IMG/VR virus record: IMGVR_UViG_3300029305_006397 | Direction: 5' to 3' (one strand) | DNA length: 64,000 nucleotides | Origin: a virus | In this document: positions 52,471 through 61,566 of the stretch, one piece after another | Numbering within the stretch: position 1 is the first letter of the stretch | Layout of the letters: each line of letters begins with the position of its first letter | Notes under the pieces: model-generated | Databases searched by the model: none | The model's input: only the letters and a program-made list of their open reading frames with translations | What the model was told of the DNA's origin: nothing | Translations under genes and position numbers: made by a program

Positions 52471-52825
52471 GTTGTGCGCTGTTGGGCGTTTGGGGCTGTT
52501 TGCAAGGCCAGGGCGACTGTTACCGGGGGCGGCGGTTGCCGTGGGTTTGCTTGATTTTTGCGGCGGCGATAGCCCCCGGATTTATTCGACCAAAAAAGCG
52601 AAAAAATTAGCTAATATCGCATTTTAGGCGACAGCCCCGGCCCCTAGGGGTATTTTACACTTTTTTAACATTTTCGCGCGATCCGCCGTCTGGTGTCTGG
52701 TATATCTATGACATATTGATTTTTGAACCGCATTCCGATCCTAAAAATGCTGCAAGATCGCAATTCAAAATCCACTTTGATTTAATCGACGGTATACTTC
52801 AACGGTAGCAGCTTTTACTATTTTC

Positions 52826-52847
52826 AAAAAGCTATTGAAACTCAGTG
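52826..52847 (+). repeat. iteron-like repeat copy A (AAAAAGCTATTGAAACTCAGTG)
   Basis: three related copies in the gene-free hub. Confidence 0.45.
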
Positions 52848-52970
52848 TCTTTTTAGGTCAATTTAAATCACCCTCAAGCCTGGACTTTCATGATTTCTAC
52901 CTATAATACCTCTCCTCTTTTACCTGTCGCAAAATAAATAAGACGAATCAAAGTCAATCTGATTCATTGT

Positions 52971-52992
52971 AAAAACTATTGAGTTTCAGCAC
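52971..52992 (+). repeat. iteron-like repeat copy B (AAAAACTATTGAGTTTCAGCAC)
   Basis: direct with copy A. Confidence 0.45.
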
Positions 52993-53083
52993 TTATTTCA
53001 ATAAATACAACCAGTCTTTTCGAATACAAATACTAAAATTTTCGACGGTAAACCGTTGTTCACTTTTCGTGTTATTTTGAAAA

Positions 53084-53104
53084 GCTCTGAAATCTAATAG
53101 TTTT
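53084..53104 (-). repeat. iteron-like repeat copy C (inverted, AAAACTATTAGATTTCAGAGC)
   Basis: inverted relative to A and B. Confidence 0.4.
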
Positions 53105-53125
53105 AAAGAATATTGTCATTTGATC

Positions 53126-53154
53126 TTGACAACTAACCTTATCTGTGTTAAAAT
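53126..53154 (+). promoter_or_regulatory. sigma70-type promoter (TTGACA-17 nt-TAAAAT, TG extension)
   Basis: read directly; points into the plus-strand block. Confidence 0.6.
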
Positions 53155-53180
53155 CATTATAGTTATGTTGTCCATTGTTT

Positions 53181-53198
53181 TTTGCACTTAATTTTTAT
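53181..53198 (-). promoter_or_regulatory. conserved phage motif copy (left-facing half of inverted pair)
   Basis: ATAAAAATTAAGTGCAAA on minus strand. Confidence 0.45.
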
Positions 53199-53200
53199 CA

Positions 53201-53218
53201 ATAAACATTATGTGCAAA
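53201..53218 (+). promoter_or_regulatory. conserved phage motif copy (right-facing half of inverted pair)
   Basis: ATAAACATTATGTGCAAA on plus strand. Confidence 0.45.
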
Positions 53219-53242
53219 TTATATTGCGTTGCTTATGTTTAT

Positions 53243-53376
53243 GCGCAGCAACTAACATCTCCATGGAGCGCGGAAGCGCGACCGTAACCCCGGAGGGCGT
53301 AAGCCCGTAGGTCGTAGCCCCCCTTCCCCAGAGGGAAGGTATGAAGCGCAGCGTAAGCAAGCGACCCCTGCTGCGC
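53243..53376 (+). ncRNA. candidate structured RNA (GC-rich multi-hairpin element)
   Basis: 8-bp closing helix GCGCAGCA/TGCTGCGC enclosing hairpins CGCG-GAAG-CGCG, GGGC-GUAA-GCCC, CCUUCCC-CAGA-GGGAAGG; local GC far above genome average. Confidence 0.35.
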
Positions 53377-53537
53377 CCCACGCGCGGCAGTATACTATAA
53401 TCTTTCTAAGTTAATCTATATAAGTATTGAAGTGAAAATTTCCACGCAAATCTGTGGAAAAAAACGCACCCTCTATAAATATTTCCACAAAATCGCGTGG
53501 ATTTTTTATCAGAGGCTGAAAGGAGGGAAACATGTGA

Positions 53538-54389
53538 TTGGATTTTCAAGATAAAGACAAAACTGAATATCCTGAAACACGAAATAAAGAGCTAAGTTAT
53601 TATCAACAACGTTTTTTGAAACTGCCAAGAATGATAATCGAAAATTTCAACATCGGAGATCAGCGTCTAGCTGTATATACTTATTTGGCAATACGATGTG
53701 GACTTGATTATAAAGTTGACACAGATTTAAAAACGATCATTCTTTCTTTCGGTAAAAAACCCGATAGACATCCAGGTCAAATAAATGATAAAACTGAAAA
53801 CTCCTTATCAAAACTGATCGAGCTTGGGTATATAAAAAAGTTAAGCCAGGATTGCGATTTAAATGTCAATCAAACCTTCTTTTTCGATCAGGAATGGATA
53901 GATAACAATTGCCCTCAATTCACGATTGCTTATATAGACGAAATCGAACGAATACTGAGCAGTGACATTTCAAATAAAGACATCACCCTTTTAGTGTTCG
54001 CTTATTTAAGATTAAAGATACACAGGCGTCCAAATTCTATGCCAAAGAAATATTGGGGAAATCAGGAAGGCTATAAGGCCGATAATCCAGAGGTTTATAA
54101 CTGTTATTATCGAGACATTGCTAAAGAGCTTGGACTAACAGTTCATGTAGTTCAAAAGGCGGTTGATGCTTTAATTGAGATTGGCTTAATATATGCAGAA
54201 GAACTCCCCAGACATTTGGTGAAAAGCAGCAATGGACAAGAAAGATGGATGACTGGACAAACACTTTTTTGCAATACATACAAACGCGATGCAAAATATG
54301 AGTTTGTCAAAGGTAAACAGTATTATGAGAAAGAGATCAAAAATAAAAAGAAAATAATAGAACAAGCGAAAGGAGGTAACTCCATATGA
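53538..54389 (+). CDS. putative DNA-binding protein (winged-helix), possible replication or transcription initiator
   Basis: TTG start 10 nt after AGGAGGG; YRDIAKELGLTVHVVQKAVDALIEIGLIY HTH-like; iterons upstream. Confidence 0.35.
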   Translation: MDFQDKDKTEYPETRNKELSYYQQRFLKLPRMIIENFNIGDQRLAVYTYLAIRCGLDYKVDTDLKTIILSFGKKPDRHPGQINDKTENSLSKLIELGYIKKLSQDCDLNVNQTFFFDQEWIDNNCPQFTIAYIDEIERILSSDISNKDITLLVFAYLRLKIHRRPNSMPKKYWGNQEGYKADNPEVYNCYYRDIAKELGLTVHVVQKAVDALIEIGLIYAEELPRHLVKSSNGQERWMTGQTLFCNTYKRDAKYEFVKGKQYYEKEIKNKKKIIEQAKGGNSI

Positions 54390-54589
54390 ATACGCAAAAT
54401 CATACAGGTATTTATCCTGTAAGTGCTTTTACGACCAAAGATGATCCAGATTTAAAAGCGGAAGATTTTAACAGCGGTGCAGATTGGCGAGAAATACATT
54501 CTTTAATCAGGGACATATCAGACGATGATTGCTTTGCAGAATACGCTCATGATTTTTTTGAAGAATATGAATCGGTTATTGCTGATTAA
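54386..54589 (+). CDS. small acidic protein
   Basis: ATGA overlap with upstream gene. Confidence 0.5.
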   Translation: MNTQNHTGIYPVSAFTTKDDPDLKAEDFNSGADWREIHSLIRDISDDDCFAEYAHDFFEEYESVIAD

Positions 54590-54648
54590 TCTAAAATTCT
54601 CAGACTAAGTAAGGATGAATGAAATGGGTAAATAAAGAAGGTGTTTGT

Positions 54649-57534
54649 ATGCCTCTGGATAAGCAAATTCAAATTATCTCGACTGATACTGCGGGATTCT
54701 ACAGCAACCATGAGGCAAGGTTGCATTTGAAAAATCATAAACTTCGAAGCGAAAGAAAAATACTTAAAAAAGGCGGAGTCGTTAAAAGAGCAAATGGAGA
54801 CAAACGGATCGTTATTGGTTTAGATGAAATTGAAAATAAGCTTGCCGTATTTGGTATTTACTCTACTGACATAGAAGACATCATAAACGAACGCTTTAAT
54901 TTTGACGACTATACCTTAGAGGATATAGGCGAAATTAAGCATTTGATTTCCGATTACAACTTGAAAAAGAAGCTAATTGAAATCAAGAACGCTGCAATCA
55001 GCGAAAGCAAAGAGCAGCTTTTGAAGCTCTTGGCGAATAAAGTCCAGGAGAACGTAAGCTCAAATGGAAGGCATCATACGAGGTACTTGAGAGAGAATAG
55101 CGTTGTAAACAGTAATATCATTTCGGTATTTGATTCGTCCTTTACGAGAATGATCGGAGCAAAGGAAAATGAATTATGCGAAGATTTTATGGTGATTCAG
55201 GTATTTTACTTTGATGTATTGAAAGATATTCTGTATCATGGGTATACATACAAGGGCGAGAAATATATTTATTTTACTTCATCTGCCGGACAGATCAGGA
55301 CAAAAAAAGCGGTTTTTGTAAAAGAAAAAATCTGGAACGAGCATGAGCGTACAATTATGTGTGGATTAACGCTTGACGAGATAAATCGCAAGGGAGGTAA
55401 CAATCCCAATAAGCATCTGGCTTATATGGCTTTGAGCAATTCAGCCACTGATTTGTGGCCTGAGTTCGATATTGATAAAGCCATTGTAATCGATGATTTT
55501 GAAACCAATGTATTTGGAACCTACGATCTCGTGGATGATGCGGACTATACTATTACCAGGGTTTCAGATTTTGTTCCTATATCTCATACAGATGGCGCTG
55601 GTATGATACTCCCCTGTGCCTTTGGAAAGACCCAGAAAAATAAAATGGTTCGATTACCGTGGATTAAAGGATTGCTTGGCGTTTTTGATTTTAGGAAGTT
55701 TATAATTGATCAAGGAGCTTCGCCAGTAATTCGAGATATTTACGGAAAAGAACACAATTTGATTTCCGAAGATATCCAGGTAGTTTTCACCAAATCTCAG
55801 CATAAAATGTGGAAATACTATAACTCCTGGAACGAATATAAAGCGGCTTATAAGAAATATGGTTGTACTGCCGGATATACCAATGAAGAAGAGTTGAATA
55901 TTCCTAATGCGTCCATCAACTATCAAATGCTTCAAACACTGACGGATATTACTCCGGAAGAGATTTTAAAAATTGCAAATAAATCTATTGGCTGTTTGGA
56001 AAATATGACGAGCAGTATAGATAACATTCGAGCAGCATTTGGTGGAGCAAATTATAATCAGGATAAGAGTAGTTTGAACAAAGCATTAGATTTATACCCT
56101 GATCTATTAAACGATGATTGGATTAAGAGAACCCTCCGGGCAATTCGCGATAGCTTGATCAAGGATTATAAAGCTGGAAAATTGAGAGTGCGAGGCAAAT
56201 ACACATTCTTACTCCCTGATTTTTATGCTGCATGCCAATATTGGTTCCTTGGGATCGAGGAACCGGAAGGGCTTTTGCAAGATGGAGAGGTATTTTGTTG
56301 GTTATTTCCTGAAAGCGAAAAATTAGATTGCTTGCGAAGTCCTCATTTATATCGCGAACATCCTATTCGCAGGAATGTCGCATGGATAGGTTATAAAGAA
56401 AGACAAGCCAAGATCAGAGAATGGTTTGGTACAAACGCAGTTTATACGAGCTGCCATGATTTGATCAGCAAGATTTTGCAGTTTGATGTTGACGGAGATA
56501 AGAGTCTGGTGGTGGCAGATAAAACTATTATTGACGTTGCAGAGCGTAATATGCAAGGAATTGTTCCTTTGTATTATAACATGCGTAAAGCTTCTCCAGT
56601 GCAATTGAATAACGAAACGATCTATAACGGGTTGAACGCAGCATTTGTTGGCGGTAATATTGGAATATACAGCAATAATATTTCAAAGATTTGGAATAGT
56701 GAAGTTTTCATAAGCGGCAGCAATGAAGAACGTCGGGAAGCATTGGATATTATTAAGTTGCTTTGTATGGAAAATAATTTCGTTATCGATTATGCCAAAA
56801 CTCTGTATAAACCAGAACGCCCTAAGCACATTCACGAAAGAATCCTGGCCTTTACAAGAAATAAGCTTCCTCATTTTTTCGTTTATGCTAAAGACAAGCT
56901 GGACGATCAAGTGGAAAAACGCAATGGCAGTTTCGTAAATCAGTTGGATGATATAATACCTGTCCCCAGGTTCCATTTCAAAAAACTTGGTTTAGAAAAA
57001 GTTGAACATAGGTTTTTAATGCATGATTCAAATTGCACTGCAAGAGTAGCTTTTACAGATTCGGGTAAAATCATTTCAGAAGAGACAGACCCTTTAATTT
57101 TGGCGTACCATGCATTAAATAAAAAATATTTTTTGGACTTGGGAGAAGTATTACAGGTGAACTATTGCAATACTGAGTTGATATCAATATACGCTAAAAA
57201 TGGTGCTCTTGCCAAGAAGCAGCAAATGATCGAAGAAACGAAAAGCATTCTATCTGAATTTGGATATAATCAAAATCAAATTGTAGATATTTTAGTCGAT
57301 TATGTGTATGGGAAAAATAGGTCGAATGCAAAAGCACTGCTATGGCTTTGCTATGGCGATTCGATTTATAAGAATATGCTACAATATTTAATTCCGGATT
57401 TTAAGACGATACAGTGCGTAGATTGCGATGCATTATTTTCTGTTTCTGCTAAAAATCAATATGCATGCCGTTGTCCAGAATGTGCTAAAAAGCAGAAAAA
57501 GGCCGAAAGGCAATTAAAAAAGATGCTGTCTTAA
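54649..57534 (+). CDS. YonO-like single-subunit RNA polymerase (two-barrel, RdRP-related family)
   Basis: FTSSAGQIRTKKAVF, LRSPHLYREHP and metal-binding QFDVDGDKSLVV motifs in the order seen in YonO and cellular RdRP-type polymerases; start placed at ATG 54649 (track start 54619). Confidence 0.65.
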   Translation: MPLDKQIQIISTDTAGFYSNHEARLHLKNHKLRSERKILKKGGVVKRANGDKRIVIGLDEIENKLAVFGIYSTDIEDIINERFNFDDYTLEDIGEIKHLISDYNLKKKLIEIKNAAISESKEQLLKLLANKVQENVSSNGRHHTRYLRENSVVNSNIISVFDSSFTRMIGAKENELCEDFMVIQVFYFDVLKDILYHGYTYKGEKYIYFTSSAGQIRTKKAVFVKEKIWNEHERTIMCGLTLDEINRKGGNNPNKHLAYMALSNSATDLWPEFDIDKAIVIDDFETNVFGTYDLVDDADYTITRVSDFVPISHTDGAGMILPCAFGKTQKNKMVRLPWIKGLLGVFDFRKFIIDQGASPVIRDIYGKEHNLISEDIQVVFTKSQHKMWKYYNSWNEYKAAYKKYGCTAGYTNEEELNIPNASINYQMLQTLTDITPEEILKIANKSIGCLENMTSSIDNIRAAFGGANYNQDKSSLNKALDLYPDLLNDDWIKRTLRAIRDSLIKDYKAGKLRVRGKYTFLLPDFYAACQYWFLGIEEPEGLLQDGEVFCWLFPESEKLDCLRSPHLYREHPIRRNVAWIGYKERQAKIREWFGTNAVYTSCHDLISKILQFDVDGDKSLVVADKTIIDVAERNMQGIVPLYYNMRKASPVQLNNETIYNGLNAAFVGGNIGIYSNNISKIWNSEVFISGSNEERREALDIIKLLCMENNFVIDYAKTLYKPERPKHIHERILAFTRNKLPHFFVYAKDKLDDQVEKRNGSFVNQLDDIIPVPRFHFKKLGLEKVEHRFLMHDSNCTARVAFTDSGKIISEETDPLILAYHALNKKYFLDLGEVLQVNYCNTELISIYAKNGALAKKQQMIEETKSILSEFGYNQNQIVDILVDYVYGKNRSNAKALLWLCYGDSIYKNMLQYLIPDFKTIQCVDCDALFSVSAKNQYACRCPECAKKQKKAERQLKKMLS

Positions 57535-57696
57535 ATAGCACAAAATGAGCGCTAAAACCATTGAAATTCAATGGTTTTAGCATTTACTATAATTTGAAAT
57601 ATGCCGAATTTCAGTGTTTTTTGTTTTATCAAAATTGACAGAATCGGATAGGAGATGTTCATTTGGGAGAAATTTCCTGTACGCGGAGGAATAAAT

Positions 57697-58056
57697 ATGA
57701 ATAAACAAAATATATCTAAAAGCTATACTAAAGCGATGTTGATTCGTGATACGGCAGATAAGTGTTTTTTGTCTGAAACTCCCGTTGAAAGAATGGGAGT
57801 TAAACGAGCGTTAGCAATTACAACCGCCGTATACAACACTTTAGAGGCAAAAGTAAAAGAGCTACTTTCCTGTGCTGCTCCTGGAGTAGATATAGCTATA
57901 AAGCTATTCGAAGGGATCACATTAAAGGGAAGGCATGTTCCTGAAATTATCAAGCAGAACAATCTAACGGGTGAAATGATGGTGTATAAGGCACACATTA
58001 AACCGGAAGCGCAATTTTCAAAAAGACTTAGAGATTCGCTGATTGTTCAAAATTAA
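57697..58056 (+). CDS. HU/IHF-like DNA-binding protein
   Basis: MNKQNISK..., IKLFEGITLKGRHVPE...GEMMVYKAHIKPEAQFSKRLRD follows the HU arm layout; start at ATG 57697 with GGAGGAA SD. Confidence 0.45.
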   Translation: MNKQNISKSYTKAMLIRDTADKCFLSETPVERMGVKRALAITTAVYNTLEAKVKELLSCAAPGVDIAIKLFEGITLKGRHVPEIIKQNNLTGEMMVYKAHIKPEAQFSKRLRDSLIVQN

Positions 58057-58222
58057 TCCTATATATCCAGCGGAAACGCTGTTTATATATAAACGGGTCG
58101 GGACTTTGAGATAGGTTCCGGCCTGACTTCTTTCATTCATATTTACACCTTTCTCTAGCTGCGCCACGGTTGTTAAAAGCAGCCGTGGTGTTATTTTGAA
58201 GGTAACTGTGATGAAAAGTTTG

Positions 58223-58300
58223 ATGGAAGTAGTTTAAGGCAAAACAGCTGAAGGTACAAAACAAAAACGGAAGTTGAGGGTGCAAATCCCTCCTTCCATC
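58223..58300 (+). other. tRNA-like element without anticodon arm (T-loop UGCAAAU)
   Basis: acceptor ATGGAAG/CTTCCAT, D-like hairpin GTTT-AAGGC-AAAC, A-rich linker, T-arm GAGGG-TGCAAAT-CCCTC. Confidence 0.35.
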
Positions 58301-58305
58301 CGTAT

Positions 58306-58383
58306 TGCGGAGTGGAGAAGCGGACTATCTCGCCAGCCTCATAAGCTGGAGATCGCTGGTTCGAATCCAGCCTCTCGCAACCA
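58306..58383 (+). tRNA. tRNA-Met(CAT), irregular acceptor stem
   Basis: D, anticodon (CUCAUAA) and T arms align with bacterial tRNA-fMet layout; ACCA end; one extra nt or mismatch in acceptor. Confidence 0.7.
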
Positions 58384-58386
58384 CAT

Positions 58387-58461
58387 GTGGAGTTCGTATA
58401 ATGGTTAGTACCTGAGATTTTCAATCTCAAAACAGGGGTTCAACTCCCCTACTCCTCACCA
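58387..58461 (+). tRNA. tRNA-Glu(TTC)
   Basis: 75 nt cloverleaf; anticodon loop UUUUCAA; CCA encoded. Confidence 0.8.
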
Positions 58462-58630
58462 GTTAGTTTTTTGCTGTAATGATCTTCGGACTTATGGCTT
58501 AAATCGCATGCTTCGGATTCCTTCGGGGCCGAGGCTTTATTTTGAAAAATTGTTCGCTAGTCAGTATGCGACTAATAAAATACTGATCAGAAACTACCAT
58601 CTGATTTCTTTTAAATCAGGTGGTTTATAT

Positions 58631-58707
58631 CAGGGTGTATATCAGTTTGGTAGATGGCCGCATTTGGGATGCGGAGGCCGCTGGTTCGAATCCAGTCACC
58701 TTGACCA
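58631..58707 (+). tRNA. tRNA-Pro(TGG)
   Basis: 77 nt cloverleaf; C1-G72; anticodon loop UUUGGGA; CCA encoded. Confidence 0.85.
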
Positions 58708-58748
58708 TGATCGTACTCAAGAATGCTACGGCGCTTGGGTCTATTTAT

Positions 58749-58776
58749 AGGGTGGCGATGCCACCCTTTTATTTTT
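58749..58776 (+). terminator. intrinsic terminator inside tRNA island
   Basis: AGGGTGGC-GAT-GCCACCCT followed by TTTTATTTTT. Confidence 0.65.
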
Positions 58777-58780
58777 ACAT

Positions 58781-58870
58781 GCTGATATGGCCGAGTCTGG
58801 CTTAAGGCGGTGGTCTTGAAAACCATTGGAGGTAACACTCACGGAGGTTCGAATCCTTCTATCAGCGCCA
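58781..58870 (+). tRNA. tRNA-Ser(TGA)
   Basis: 90 nt type II; anticodon loop CUUGAAA; CCA encoded. Confidence 0.85.
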
Positions 58871-59023
58871 GTATTAGCTCTCCTGCATAAAAATGTGCTA
58901 TTGATGACAGAAACAGGAGATAAGAGTCCCGCAAGTAGACACGCGGTTCAGTGCTCGTACAGGTGTTTTGTTGAGCAAGCAGTCTATTAAGAATAAACAC
59001 TGACAGCAGGAAAGACTGCATAT

Positions 59024-59115
59024 GGAGAGGTGGCTGAGTGGCTGAAAGCGGCACCCTGCTAAGATGTTTGCCCTGGTGACAGGGCACGAGAGTTCGAATC
59101 TCTCCCTCTTCGCCA
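59024..59115 (+). tRNA. tRNA-Ser(GCT)
   Basis: 92 nt type II; anticodon loop CUGCUAA; long variable arm; CCA encoded. Confidence 0.8.
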
Positions 59116-59286
59116 AACAAATGTGGTTCCGGTAGAGCCTGACGCATCAGTACCGACCTTGATGGAAAGGGTATCCCGTAGCTAAGACGAGTCCATAGGC
59201 GGGGATTTCTGCCACGTTGATTTAGCTCATCTGCCAAGTGCAGAAGGAGTTCCTGGATGTGTTACACAACTAGCGCATCCTGATTT

Positions 59287-59361
59287 GGTTCTATAGTTTA
59301 GGGGCTAGAATGCCAGCCTGTCACGCTGGAGACACGGGTTCGATTCCCGTTAGAGCCGCCA
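59287..59361 (+). tRNA. tRNA-Asp(GTC)
   Basis: 75 nt cloverleaf; anticodon loop CUGUCAC; CCA encoded. Confidence 0.85.
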
Positions 59362-59420
59362 ATTTGCCTCACACGCCTCTTTGTCGTATGACAAATGCGG
59401 ACTAAGTGAGGTTTTTTCAT

Positions 59421-59496
59421 GGGGTTATAGCTCAGTTGGAAGAGCGCGTGCTTTGCAAGCATGAGGTCAAGGGTTCGAGACCCTTTAGCTCCACCA
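59421..59496 (+). tRNA. tRNA-Ala(TGC)
   Basis: 76 nt cloverleaf; G3-U70; anticodon loop UUUGCAA; CCA encoded. Confidence 0.85.
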
Positions 59497-59498
59497 AT

Positions 59499-59570
59499 CG
59501 CCGGGTGGTGTAAATGTTAGCACCGCAGACTATGATTCTGCGAATAAAGGTTTAAATCCTTTTCCGGCGA
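59499..59570 (+). tRNA. atypical tRNA with anticodon ATG (formally His), no CCA
   Basis: acceptor CGCCGGG/TCCGGCG, D-arm GTGT..GCAC, anticodon arm GCAGA-CUAUGAU-UCUGC, T-arm AAAGG-TTTAAAT-CCTTT. Confidence 0.5.
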
Positions 59571-59903
59571 TTATGTTATCTATTTCCCAACATACTGTCA
59601 TGCGTGGGTGGAATAAGAAGAGACGGGCGTTTTCGGTCGGCATAAACCGAAGTTTGGCATTTGAGGTCAAATGAGTTTGATGAATGCAATCCCGTGCTGC
59701 TATGCGGTATTTGCAGGAGAACAACAGGGGTTTGCGTATAACCACAAGGCAGCTAGGTACAATCCGAAAGAAAAACGGTTATAAAGGGCGTCCCGCCACC
59801 TATATCCCAAGTGTGGAACGATAAAGCAGGTGTTTCGCTGCCTATAAATGCGAAATTTAATCAGCTCCGTGTTGGATATTTTGACATGCGGAGCATTTTA
59901 TAT

Positions 59904-59979
59904 GGCATCATAGCTCAGTCGGTAGAGCAGCTGGCTGTTAACCAGCAGGTCAAGAGTTCGAGCCTCTTCGGTGCCTCCA
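59904..59979 (+). tRNA. tRNA-Asn(GTT)
   Basis: 76 nt cloverleaf; anticodon loop CUGUUAA; CCA encoded. Confidence 0.85.
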
Positions 59980-60100
59980 CGGGTAGATAAGATAACAAAA
60001 CGCGCCACTACCCCAAGGCAGATACATACGCATTCGAGAAGCGCAATGGCTGCGATCAAATTGGCAGATGTGTAGGCGGCAGACTTAACTGTCTTTATTT

Positions 60101-60177
60101 GCTGTCATAGCTACAATTGGCAGAGCGACGGATTTGTAATCCGTAGGTTCAGAGTTCGAGTCTCTGTGGCAGCTCCA
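60101..60177 (+). tRNA. tRNA-Thr(TGT), second copy
   Basis: 77 nt cloverleaf; anticodon loop UUUGUAA; CCA encoded. Confidence 0.85.
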
Positions 60178-60211
60178 AACTGTAGCAGCTACGAAAGGTT
60201 AGGAATTTAGA

Positions 60212-61549
60212 ATGGATTTTATGAATGAAATATCGAAAATTGGACTTACGAAAGATCAATATGATGAATGCCTTCAATTGATTATTGACAAGAAGAATAA
60301 TGTAATCGATATTGATTGGCAGGAAATCTGTGATCGATTCAGCTTGCCGATCACAACTGATTATTTGAGGAAAGCAAATGCAGGCGTATTCGGCGGAGCT
60401 TTTATAGCTGAGTATTTAAAGACAAAAGAAACATGCCAGGTAGAAACAAAGTATAGTGGCAGCAGTGAAATTTCAATTAATAAAGACGGTAATTATACGA
60501 GCACGAAACTTATTGAAATGAATGAAGAGCAATCTAAAGATCCCTCTTATATATTGAAAGCACATGGATTTGATCCCATATGTTGGCAGCTGATTAGTGC
60601 AAGAAATAATATTCGACAGGTTATTTCAAAAGCAGATGGCGTAGTTACTTTATATGCCAGCTTCATTACAGTGAGGCCTATATCAGAAGTTGAATTGCCC
60701 CTTGAAAAAATTGAAGAGTTTTTTGATAAACTTGATCGGAATTATTCTCTTCCAAGATTACAGGAGAATCGAATTTATCTGAGTGGAGACAAAATGCTTC
60801 TGATCGATATCGCTGACTTGCACATGAACTTACAGGCTTCGATGTTTACTACCGGAAACGAATATAATTGCGAGATTGCAGAAAAATTATTTTTTCATGT
60901 TATCGAAGATGTTTTAAACCGCACAAAGAATTATAAATTTGAAGAAATCAATTTTATTATTGGCGGAGATATGCTTAATGGAGACAATCTGGCTGGGACA
61001 ACTACAAAAGGTACAGCTCAGGTGAGTGATTTGCATTATTATGACGCATATGAAAAATTATGTGCAATGACAATTAAAGCAATTGATTTGTTGAAGAGAA
61101 AGTGCAGAGTAAACGTGATTTATGTAATGGGGAATCATGATGAGTTAACCGGGTTTAAACTGGCAAAATATATTGATGCTTGGTTTAGAGATGATGACGG
61201 AGTGACTGTTGATTATCAGCCGTTTGCACGAAAGTATCGTTTGTATGGTAAAACGCTTTTATGTTTTGCTCATGATGGTAAGATTCAAAAATTACCAGCT
61301 ATTATAGCGGATGAAGCAAGAGATTTGTGGGGAAAAGCTACAATGACAGAAGTGTTTTTGCAGCACTTGCATACTGAACAGGTATTAATCGAAGATAATA
61401 ACATTAGGATTCAGCGCTTGCCTACTATTAGCGGTAGAAGCAAATGGAGTGCTGATCAGGGATATAATTCCCGGCGTCAATGTAAATCCTTTATTTTTGA
61501 TGCCGAGGAAGGATTGAAAGATATTTTATATACGACGATCCCGGCATAA
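60212..61549 (+). CDS. metallophosphoesterase (calcineurin-like) domain protein
   Basis: IDIADLH, IIGGDMLNGDN, VMGNHDE, FAHDGK, LQHLH motifs. Confidence 0.6.
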   Translation: MDFMNEISKIGLTKDQYDECLQLIIDKKNNVIDIDWQEICDRFSLPITTDYLRKANAGVFGGAFIAEYLKTKETCQVETKYSGSSEISINKDGNYTSTKLIEMNEEQSKDPSYILKAHGFDPICWQLISARNNIRQVISKADGVVTLYASFITVRPISEVELPLEKIEEFFDKLDRNYSLPRLQENRIYLSGDKMLLIDIADLHMNLQASMFTTGNEYNCEIAEKLFFHVIEDVLNRTKNYKFEEINFIIGGDMLNGDNLAGTTTKGTAQVSDLHYYDAYEKLCAMTIKAIDLLKRKCRVNVIYVMGNHDELTGFKLAKYIDAWFRDDDGVTVDYQPFARKYRLYGKTLLCFAHDGKIQKLPAIIADEARDLWGKATMTEVFLQHLHTEQVLIEDNNIRIQRLPTISGRSKWSADQGYNSRRQCKSFIFDAEEGLKDILYTTIPA

Positions 61550-61566
61550 GAGGAAGGTGAAGAGCA

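Noticed and set aside
52424-52627. 67-aa plus-strand ORF and 51852..52055 minus-strand ORF in the GC-rich hub
   Set aside because: They have alternative start codons, no SD, and Pro/Arg/Gly-rich translations typical of a GC-rich non-coding segment.
58191-59237. Track ORFs overlapping the plus-strand tRNA island (58191..58430, 58508..58750, 58611..58838, 58839..59237, 58898..59116); likewise 19521..19766, 19837..20127, 20672..20866, 21168..21563 and 21952..22164 over the minus-strand island
   Set aside because: They are translations of tRNA genes and structured spacers and have no SD.
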